Shown here: piece after piece, positions 53,899 through 64,000 of the stretch | Layout of the letters: each line of letters opens with the position of its first letter | Numbering within the stretch: position 1 is the first letter of the stretch | Source: Camelus ferus | Taxonomy: Eukaryota | DNA length: 64,000 bases | Assembly: GCF_009834535.1 (NCBI RefSeq) | Contig: NC_045696.1 | Location: 53,818,001 to 53,882,000 of the forward strand | Direction: 5' to 3' | Position numbers and translations under genes: made by a program | Notes under the pieces: generated by a model | Databases searched by the model: none | Told to the model about the DNA's origin: nothing | Seen by the model: only the letters and a program-made list of their open reading frames with translations

Positions 53899-55260
53899 AA
53901 AGTAACCAACAAAATTAAAAAAAAAAATTATATAGATAAAGTACTCATATACATACAAAATACTACTACTACTATTAATGAACAGCATATATATCTTAAC
54001 ATTTTTCTTAATTTTCAAGTATTCCAGTGACATACATTTAAAGGCAAATATCTCCATCAGGGAAAAACAGCAAGTTCATAAATTATCCTTTTCTTGTTTT
54101 TGTTCTACTTTTAAAGTTGCACTGTAGGCCCTGATCATATTTGTTGATCGAGCGTATGTAAAACTTAACATCTCTAATGAGAAATGCAAGATTTATGGAA
54201 TTCAAAATTGCTTTGGGAAATGAAAACACAATTTCATTTATTAATGGTCACTAATGGCCTATAATCAAGACAGCAACAGCTAGTTAAATAAATAAACAAT
54301 TAGCTGGTTTATTTGAAGTATAAGCAAAGGATAATCTAACAATTTGTTCATTATTCTTATCTGCTGGGCCTTTTACCTCTGAACTCCATAATGGAAAAAC
54401 TGGATATAAACTGAATATTTTACATTAAATTATATTTTAAATAGCCCAGGTGAGTTTGTGCTTACTTTCTAATTTAAATTCTGTTTATATCTACATTTTT
54501 TATTCTGTGTTTCCTTAAAGTTGACATTAATGGATTAAAATACAGTAACTCCCCACTTATCCAGAAGGTCCAGCTTGTCAGAAGTCTCTGATAAAGGACT
54601 CAGAGAAGCCAGAAATATCTACCCCAAAGCCTTGCATTAAGGCTCTTAGGGATTCATGAGGAACTTTATTGACTTTTTAAATATGCAATTCTTTTAAAGC
54701 TTAGTTATCTGGCTTCTCAGCCTCTGATAGATTAGTAGAAGAAAACCAGAAAAGGTCAAAAGCTGTCTGAGGCAGGTAAAATATGAACAGAGGTGATAGC
54801 TGACAGCCTTTTTACCATGCTGTCCAAAAAACCTGGTCCATAATGACTGTCCTGGATTGCAAAGAAAGGGCTAAATGATGTTAATGATGCTTGGAATTTT
54901 CTGGTTAAGTCATGCATTTTAGAATGATTACCCCCAAATGTGGTGAAATTCAGGTAGCTGTAAAATTGAGTGAGGGGTGTGTGTGTGTGATTGGCAATGC
55001 CTGCTTATAGGATGTACTACTTAAGAGGGGTTTTAGCAAAGGGGAAGGAAATCACTAGGAAGCTAAAAATAAGGCATTTATTTTGAGAAGAGATAGTAAC
55101 ATCATCCAGTGTTTTAGTGACTTAAAAGAGGAGTGAATGATGAATTGTCTAGTATGCCTGGCTTACGGAGGCTAAATGGGAGGGTGACCAGAAGTCTAAC
55201 TCGATCTCTTTCATTTAAATCTTTTATTATTGTTAAAATCTCTTCCTGCCTTATTTATCA

Positions 55261-55443
55261 GTTCCCGAAAAAATTAAAAATAAACCTGCCATATGATCTA
55301 GCAATTCCACCCCTGGGTAAACATCTGAAGAACACTAATCTGAAAGATATATACACTGCAGTGTTCATAGCAGCATTATTTACAATAGCTAAGATATGGA
55401 AAAACCTAAGTGTCAATAACAGATGAATGGATAAAGAAGATGC

Positions 55444-55479
<36 letters not shown>

Positions 55480-55955
55480 CATACACACACACACACACAC
55501 ACACCATGGAATACTACTCAGCCATAAAAAAGAATGAAATGTCACCATTTGCAACAACATGGATGAACTTACAGGTTATTATGCATAGTGAAATAAGTCC
55601 GACAAAGGCAAATACTATATGATATCATTTATAGGTGGAGTCAAAATAGTAAAACAAACTAGTGAATATAATAAAAAAGAAACAGAACTCACAGATATAG
55701 AGAATAAACTATATGGTTATCCATGTGGAGAGTGGAGGGAAGAGGAGCAAGATAGGAGTAGGAGGTTAAGAGGCATAAACTACTATGTATAAAATAAATA
55801 AGCTGCAAGGATATAGTGTACAACACAATGAATATAGCCAAAATTGTATAACAACTATAAATGGAGTATAATCTTTAATAATTTTGAAGCACTATGCTGT
55901 ACACCTGAAACTTATATAATATTATAAATCAACTATACCTCAATAAAAATTTTTA
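55261..55955 (+). mobile_element. L1 3' end (ORF2 terminus and 3'UTR)
   Basis: Peptides LPYDLAIPPLG..FIAALFTIAKIWK and MEYYSAIKKNE; ends 'aatcaactatacctcaataaa'. Confidence 0.92.
55445..55504. repeat. Compound (GT)16-ATACAT-(AC)11 microsatellite
   Basis: read directly. Confidence 0.95.
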
Positions 55956-56049
55956 ATAAAGAAAGTGAACTACGGCTTCTAACCAGAAACTTTACCTACT
56001 GTGATAGTGATTCAAATAATAGTGATTTGAATTCCAGAATAGAGTATTA

Positions 56050-56260
56050 TAAATAAACAAATAATTATATAGTGAGCACAAACTATATGTATATGTATAT
56101 ATGGTGATAAACACATATAATATATAGTAATAATATATAATAATATAGTATACAGTAATACTATCAATAGTATACCACATATATACAATAATAAAATATA
56201 TATACTATATACATATATTATACATATAGTAACAATAATAACACATATTATTGAGTATCT
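56050..56260. repeat. AT-rich low-complexity tract
   Basis: degenerate (TA)/(TAA) sequence. Confidence 0.8.
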
Positions 56261-57284
56261 ATTATACAGTAGGCAGCATATTTTACATACCCTGTTGGTT
56301 AAGAATGACTAATCTCATGTCTAAGATGAGAAAACTGTGGCCAAGAGATTTTAAATAATTTTCCAACCATGACATAATTCTAAGTGGTGTCAAGTTAGAT
56401 AAGTTAGTTTGCACGTTCCTCTATTTTGGTATAGTGCCTCTCTAAAAGCCCCAAAAGGATTAAGTTTGGTAGAAGACAATGGTATGAGACTAGGAAATGA
56501 ATCCTTAATAATGTTAGTAGGAAACTGATTTCTCATCTCTATATAAAATCAGCTGTATGTGTATACATCTATCTTTGGAAATAGAAGCACCAGAATGCTT
56601 CATATTGTTCCTACAACTATATAATTAGCCATAAGAAGGCAGTAACTTTAAAAGTCTCTACTGTACACAAACTTCTGCTATAGTTCTAATTTTTATAATT
56701 ATTTGCAACTGCCAGCTTTCTACTTCACCCAAACCAAATGAGACATCAGGGCAGTTTATAACCTACTCAAGATTCTTAACAATGAAAAAGAACTACTGCA
56801 GTATCTCCTCAAGGTCTTCAAATGATGTGGTTGACGAAAAGACTGCATGGCTATCAGAACAGGACCTGGTTCTAGGGTTGAGTCTTTCACAAATTCAGAA
56901 TCTGACTTTGTATGTGTCATTTATATGATCAGATTTATTTTTATCCTCATATGTTACACTGATGGTTCTAACATTAACTAACAGTTTTACTGGTCTGAAA
57001 AGAACCACAGACTAGTTTGTCAAAAAACTCTGGTTTGAGACTTGTCGCTTCTTAATTTTGACACATTGATCAATTCAAGTTCTTTAAGTTTTAGTTTTCT
57101 CATCTGTGAAGTTTTGCTAACTGGCTTACCTACCTACTAGATCCTAATGTTGAGGATTAAATATTCTATATGAGGATTAATTCTATAAAATGCTGTAAGA
57201 CATAAAACAATCCACATGAACAATCCACATGTATATTGAAGACGTACTAAATATTTATGAAATTAATAGCCAACAAGGGGCCAC

Positions 57285-57500
57285 TATTGAACAAGGTTTA
57301 AGAGTTTGACTGCCTGGGTTCAAACACTGACTCCACAACTTACTAGCTGAATAAATCTGGAGAAATTACTTAACCTTTGGGTCTCTGTTTTATCATGTAT
57401 AAAACAGGGAAAGTGATATCTGCCCCTCACACTATTGTAAGGATTAAATCGGACCTTCCACAGGAGGTGCATGGCAGCACTTGTAAGTATGCTATGTTAA
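57285..57500 (+). mobile_element. MIR SINE
   Basis: 'gactgcctgggttcaaac...acttactagctg...ttacttaacc...attgtaaggattaaat'. Confidence 0.8.
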
Positions 57501-58091
57501 ATAGCAAAAGTTTTTTACTGTCATTCTTTTCCTGAGGTTAAAATGAACCTTATAAAAGGAAGAGATTCAGGAAGATTCCATAGACTCTTCTGACTTTTGA
57601 AAACTTGTGAGTGTGCTGGTGAAGAGTGGTTAATTATTACAGAAAGATAGTTTGAATCAACAGCTTATGTTCTAACCCAATCATTTTTGAAAGGATAAGG
57701 AAGCTGAACACTATGGAGGAGATCATCCAGGAACAGAGCAAGCCACCCCTCTTAATTTTTCACCTCCTTCCCACGGTTCTCTTTTTCTAAAACCCCAAAG
57801 GAATACTGAAAGTCAAGGACAATGGGAGAAGCAAGAGGATTAAAAAGAAAAGTAGGGTAGGATATGCCAGTCATTTTTCTAATCTTATTTATGACATATA
57901 GCATCATCGGATAATTAAACACACACAGATGTTCTTTTCTCCTCCTTTCCCTGCCTGATGAACCTCAGAACTTCTGCCAATATCCAAGAGGTCTTCCTGC
58001 CCATGTAGGCTGCCCAAGACCCCCTTCTCCACTCTGCTCACAGGAACCTCTATGCCCTTCTGTGGCTACATTTTATGAAACACTAAAACTA

Positions 58092-58462
58092 CAGAGAAAG
58101 ACAAATGTCATATGATACCATTTATATGTGGAATCTAAAAAATGATACAAATGAACTTATTTACAAAACAGAAACAGACTCACAGACATAGAAAACAAAC
58201 TTTTGTTTACCAAAAGGGAGGGTAGGGGGAGGAATAAATTAGGAGTTTGGGATTAACAGATACACACTACCATATATAAAAGAGAGAAACAACAAAGTCC
58301 TATGGTATAGCACAGGAAATTATATACAGTATCTTGTAATAACCTATAATGAAAAAGAATATAAAAAGGAATACATGTATATGCATAACTGAATCACTAT
58401 ACTGCACACCAGAAACTAACACATTTCAAATCAACTACAGTTGAAGAAAAATTAAAAAAAAT
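58092..58462 (+). mobile_element. L1 3'UTR fragment (cetartiodactyl-type)
   Basis: 'tgatacaaatgaacttatttacaaaacagaaacagactcacagacatagaaaacaaac...tgcacaccagaaactaacaca', A-rich tail. Confidence 0.9.
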
Positions 58463-59355
58463 TTTTTTAACTATTTGATTACCCATTGGTGAAATCTTCC
58501 CAGAATATAAGTCCCTCAAAGACAAGGACTATACTCATCTTTATATTTCTGAGAGAATACTTGGCATATATGAGAACTCAATAAATGTTTATTGAAGTAC
58601 ACTAAATTATTTCCCTTCTTGATCATGTTAATACATCTTTAATTTTAAGTCATTTTTGAAAGAAGTTCAAAATCTAGTTTATAATTTTCTTGACCAATTT
58701 ATTACTTGTAATATTTTATAGATAATTTCTAACGATGCAAAACAAACATTGTTAACCTTTAGAGTAAAAAAGTTTATTAATTCTGCACAATACTCCACAG
58801 AAGCTCTTAACTTCCTCCCATTTTTTGTAAACAAGCTATCTGGTGTTGGCTTAGATTTATAATACAACTTAAAAGGATCAGCTTCTGTTGGGTAACTTTG
58901 TGTAGAGGCCTCTGATAGAATGCCCACGTCTGTTCTAACTGCCTGCTATTACAATTGCCCTGAAGCTAAACTCCTTAGGCATAAAGTTGGAGTTATTTAT
59001 TGACTAATTATATTCACTGCTCAGAATAGGCTCTTCTCAATAAAATGGGAGAGAATGAATACTCCCCTGGTACAATTACAGCGAACTGCAAAACAGCTGT
59101 TTCTGTTTTGATTCAATCATGAAAAGTTCCCACCATAGTAAAGAAATCTTTTATCTCTGAACTCTCTTTGCCTGAGATTTGTACAGCTTCCCTAAGACCA
59201 CAGACTGCTAGGCTACTTTCACAAGATGATTGGCAATGTGATCATTTGTAACTACACTGATTTCTTACGTGTATCCTACCCATATTTCTTATTTAGATTC
59301 CACACAAATCATAAGTAACAAATATAAAGCTATACTACAAAAAATAAACAGTTTT

Positions 59356-59548
59356 GGGGGGAGAGTATAGTTTAGTGGTAGAGGGCATGCTTAACATGCA
59401 CAAGGTCCTGGGTTCAATCCCCAGTACCTCTGTTAAACAATAAACAAATAAACAAACAAACAAACCTAATTACCTCCCTACAAAAAGATAAATTTTAAAA
59501 AGTAATAAAACATATCAAAATAAGTAAAATTTATATATATATATTTTT
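59356..59548 (+). mobile_element. Camelid tRNA-Ala-derived SINE (Vic-1 type)
   Basis: tRNA-Ala-like head; 16-bp TSD AAAAAATAAACAGTTT (59339-59354) and AAAAAATGAACAGTTT (59549-59564). Confidence 0.92.
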
Positions 59549-62500
59549 AAAAAATGAACAGTTTATAAGGCATTTATTTTGTAAACAGACACAAGTTCTA
59601 GGACTGGATTTCATAAGAATTTATTTTTCTTCACTTTTTGGCCATTGCCTTTTTACTAATAATCTATAATTGATTAAAATTTCATTTGACAAAATGTATG
59701 CACATCTTTCTGTCCAAACTCTCATATGGCACAAAATTAAGAATAACAGTACTATGTTTCCTCTTTGACATTTGCATAGTCTCTGTGAAACAATGACACA
59801 CGCTCAGTAGTTTATATACATAATATTCTTGAATATGCAATGCTTATGTGAGCATATATCCCTGGATAGAGTAAGGAAAACATTAAAAATTAAAATAAAA
59901 ATTTATCATATACACAACTGAAATGGACATTTCCAGGAAAAGATTGAAAGCAGCAAGAAGCCAGTACTCAGGAATAATACAGAGAAAACTGGATAAGGTT
60001 ACAATCTAAAGTACAGGATTATCTTCATCTTTGGTTGGGTAAGGGTCATGGCAGAGCTGGGTGAATCTACCTCCTCGCAACCAAAGAATTCTGGGTGTCT
60101 CTGGATCTATTTGAAAATTTGTGCATTCATACTCTTGTGCAAATTTAAATAGTCATTGATGGTTGTACAAAATAGGACACGCATTCTCTTGCTAAATAAT
60201 ACAACAGTGATATCATTAAATTTGTCATTATTGAAAATTGTACTGTAGGAAATCAACCAGCCAATCGCCTTCAGAACCATTCAATGTGCTCATGTCCATC
60301 CAGAATGAAAGGCTTGCTGCACAGCTGTGTTTAAGGCTGCGTAATGACATTAAATCTAGGACACGGACTCTTTTTGCATGTCCAATCAATTTGTTAGGAA
60401 TCTGATCCTATGCTAATAGGGCTGTGCACATTAAAATTCATTCTTTGAAAATTGTGTCTGAACTGGATGTGGCATATAGCTTTCAAACTCCATCAACTTG
60501 GCTTTGCCTTTACTTTCTGCAAGAGTTTATTTTTCCTTTGAGAAGGAGACTGTTGTTTTCAGAGGCATAAATTGAAGACTAGAGAATGTTCACATACTGG
60601 TGCTGTGAATTTCTAAATTAGTGTGTGTTGACTGTAAAGTAACGAGATTCAAATACATGAAGTATATTGCCCCAACTTCTCAGGAAGTCCAGTCTTAGAA
60701 CAATGCTTTCTAACTAATATCAGAATTAGGACTACATACAGAGAGCTCTAAGAGAAATCCATGTTCAATTTAAGAAATGCTTGGAATAAAACTATCAGTC
60801 AGAGCATAAACAGAAAACAAGCATAAACATAAAACAAATGAGGGATTACACCAGGAAATCAGGAATTTTTGGTAACAAAAGAAAAGCAAGATCATGCAGT
60901 TCTCTAGTGTACATACTCAGTTAAATAAACTCTCTTTTTTCCTTAATTTTTCCCCATTAGTGAACTCATTGAAAACTCAAAGTCTAAACTGATTTGCATC
61001 AACTGTCATCCAATGTTACGACTTTCCTGGTTTTGTAATCTTATGTTATAATTACAACAGTCTTTTTTAGATGTCATGGTATTAATCAATATATGATGGT
61101 AACATTCCAAACGCTGCACACAATCATGTCATTCTATCTTGTTTTCAAAAATACCATGACACAATATTAAAAGTCTGCACACCAGCATTTGGTATGGAGC
61201 TGTTCAAATCATAACAGTGAATGAGGCATAAAAATGTCATGACATGATTATCATATCTCATGAAACAAGTACTACAATTGTCTCATCCTGATTATCCAAG
61301 CTAGTGAAGAAACCAAAATATAGTATACAACTATACTTAACATAAAAAAATCTCCTCAGACCCAGTTTAGTCAAACCCAGTTCCAACTGACCCTGAGAGG
61401 AAGGACTCCTGTGCAAAAAGAATGACCTTTCCTTCTTGTTCTGTGAAAGAGGCCTGATATGTGGTTATCAGTTAAGTGACTTAAGATTGAATCACCAGAA
61501 ATCAAGCAAAGAAGCCAGTAGGAAGTCCTGAGCTGTCAAATCCTTGAAGTCAGGGGCTGTATTTTACTGTCTTACCTTTCTGCTCAACATATCATGACAT
61601 ACATGGTTGTGTAAATCCTTGAAAATATTTAACTGAATTAATTGATTGGATTGTGTAACTGATCACCTTGCTCAAAGCAGAAGTTCCTTGAATCAACCAA
61701 AGCCACAGTATCACTCTTGGCATGTTCTGTCTTTCATAGTATGAAAAGGGAGTATAGCTATTTACTATACCATTTGAACCCCTCAAATCCTTTGGAAAAA
61801 TGAGACAGCATATAAATAAATTCCTACTTAAATAAAATTATGAAGTTATATGTGCTTCACATATTAATTGGTTTATCTCTGGAACTCTAGGTTATCAAAA
61901 GATACTCCTTTGTCTACATATAAACAGAAACATAAACATAACATAGGTGATGCTCATAGAATAAGGAAATGAGAGACAAATCTGATGTATATTTGGACTA
62001 TGAATCAGGGTTGGAAAGTGGAAAGAAGTTTCAGAGAGAGAGAGAGAGAGAGAACTCTTGATGGGCTGAATTTTCTGTTCTTCTCTCATCTGCATCCCTG
62101 GATTCTTTTTCCCCCCTGCAATTCTTCCTCCTTGTCTCTAATTCACACAGTTTTCTACCTGGACAAAGCTCTGGAACAATCATGAGGAAGAAAAATCCCT
62201 AAGACTCACTCATTGTTACCTCAGGACATTTCTGTAAAATTTACCAGGCACTCTTTATGACAGAGGGAGTCAAGGACATGCACAAAGGGGCCAAACATGA
62301 CCAAGCATTTCAGGGACAAGAGCTGTCAATCAATCAAGGGATCACCTCTAAGCAAAGGTATAAGAGAAAGGGGAGACAAAAACCACTGCTTTTCCTCCCT
62401 TGGATCAGCCTGCCTCCCGTTCTTGAAGGTGCACTTCCCTTTTTTAAATAAATCTTTTAAAATCTTTCACTTCGCAATGCACTATCTCCTGACTTTTCAG

Positions 62501-62989
62501 GTATGACAAGAACTGGGATCTTTACGTTTTGGAGTAACACTTCCATTAAGAAGCTATTCAGTATCTGCTGTCTTGTTTCCTAAAATGCTGAACTCTTGAG
62601 AGCAGAATCCGTTTCTTATTAGCCCTGAATTATCTTCATCTATATCTTATTATCAACACATGGTAAATAAACTTTTGACAGCAGGTGGTTTATATTCTTT
62701 GTACATATTTATGTTATGATCAGCATGTAGAAACTTGACTATGTATTAGAAAATTAGAAATTACTGAGCATTGTATTGCCAACTCTGCAGGAAGTTTTAA
62801 GACATTTTATTGTTTCCAAAAAAGCCAGTTGTAAATACTTACTCAGTATATGAATGATTTATTTTAGGTAGAAAAAGAAAGGTTATTTTAAAAGAAAATT
62901 CTGGAGGGAACTCTCATCAACTAACTAACAACTCATCAAATCAGATTTTGAGTTGAAAATAGAAAGAATGCCTTAGTTTGGGGGTATGG

Positions 62990-63666
62990 ATTGGGTCTTT
63001 GAACCAACTGAGCCTGACCTGTCAGGAATTTCTTGGGTATACAACCCCCCAACCCCAGTATCCTCCATCTCTTGAAGCAAAAGGCTTTGCTTTAGTCCCA
63101 TAGGCCTCTCTTCAGGCTCAGAAAGGCTGGGTCAAGAGTTAATGACTGGAAGAATGTGAACATGTACTAACAAAGATTAACAGCTGGTCCAGAACTGGTA
63201 ACAATTCAAACAGTAAATCAACCATATAGCAGAGTCACAGAACCTTTAACTCTTACCTGAAGAATACATATAACAATGTCTGACACACATCCATAAGCTG
63301 TTTTCTAGAAACCAGACTCCCACCAGATGGAAACTGCTGATCACAAGCACATAGAGTCCAGATCCATTAGAACCAGAAAGATGATGATTGAGATTCCTGA
63401 AACATCACTCTATTACTTCACCAACAACCAATCAGAGAACTGTGCATGAGCTGATCACATACCCTAAGACACTCTCCCTCACCCTGTCTTTAAAAAACCC
63501 TCCCCTGAAAGCTATCAGGGAGTTTGGGTATTTTGACCATGAGCTGCCAGTTCTCCTTGCTTGGTGCCTTGCAATAAATGCTTTACTTTCCTTCATCACA
63601 ACCCGGGTACAATAGATTGGCTTTGCTGCACTTTTGGGGAGTAGAACCAAGTTCAGTTTGGTAACA
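62990..63666 (+). mobile_element. ERV1-like solo LTR (5' boundary approximate)
   Basis: TATA-like 'ctttaaaaa' at ~63490, AATAAA at ~63573, LTR-type terminus 'aagttcagtttggtaaca'. Confidence 0.7.
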
Positions 63667-63682
63667 AGTATTTAGCAAATTA

Positions 63683-64000
63683 TAGTCAGCCCTCCATATC
63701 CATGGGTTTTGCACCTGCAGATTCAACCAATCATGGATCAACACTATTTTTAAAAACCCAGAAAGTTCCAAAAAGCAAAATTTGAATTTGCCACACACCA
63801 GCAACTATTTATATAGCATTTACATTGTATTAGGTAATATAAGCAATCTAAAGATGGTTTAATGTATAAAGAAGGATCTATCTAGGTTATATGCAAATAC
63901 TATGCCATTTTATATAAAGGACTTGAGTATCATCAGATTTTGGTATCTGCAGTGCGGCTGGGGAGAGGGGGTGTCTTGGAACCAAACATCCGTGAATACC
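63683..64000 (-). mobile_element. MER2-like Tigger DNA transposon (runs to window edge)
   Basis: 'agtcagccctccatatccatggg...gcatttacattgtattagg...ccattttatataaaggacttgag...ttggaaccaa'. Confidence 0.85.

Noticed and set aside
1..64000. Short ORFs of 60-117 aa in the ORF track as host genes
   Set aside because: No recognisable protein, many low-complexity or repeat-derived, and no consistent exon chain; expected by chance in 64 kb

Overview
AT-rich, CpG-poor mammalian non-coding DNA (large intron or intergenic). Five tRNA-Ala-derived SINEs of the Vic-1 type point to a camelid genome. I found no credible intact protein-coding gene, CpG island, CRISPR array or functional RNA gene. The only ORF-track entries I can assign are L1 ORF2 remnants; ERV-L pol motifs are visible by manual reading across frameshifts. 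The window is a mosaic of retroposons and DNA-transposon fossils: MIR, L2, CR1, old L1M, a young 5'-inverted L1 with TSDs, MLT1 solo LTRs, a deleted ERV-L/LTR16 provirus, an ERV1-like solo LTR, and hAT/Tigger MITEs. Repeat-poor blocks between them may be regulatory. Best observations: (1) a chimeric retrocopy in which a SINE and the 5' half of tRNA-Gly(TCC) share one perfect 15-bp TSD (53708-53911); (2) a candidate TATA+Inr promoter with a clustered E-box array and a possible non-coding first exon (25735-26349); (3) a twin-primed L1 (14864-16328). Repeat family names come from remembered consensus sequences, not a database search, and boundaries of old elements are approximate. I see no evidence for a wholly new biological system.
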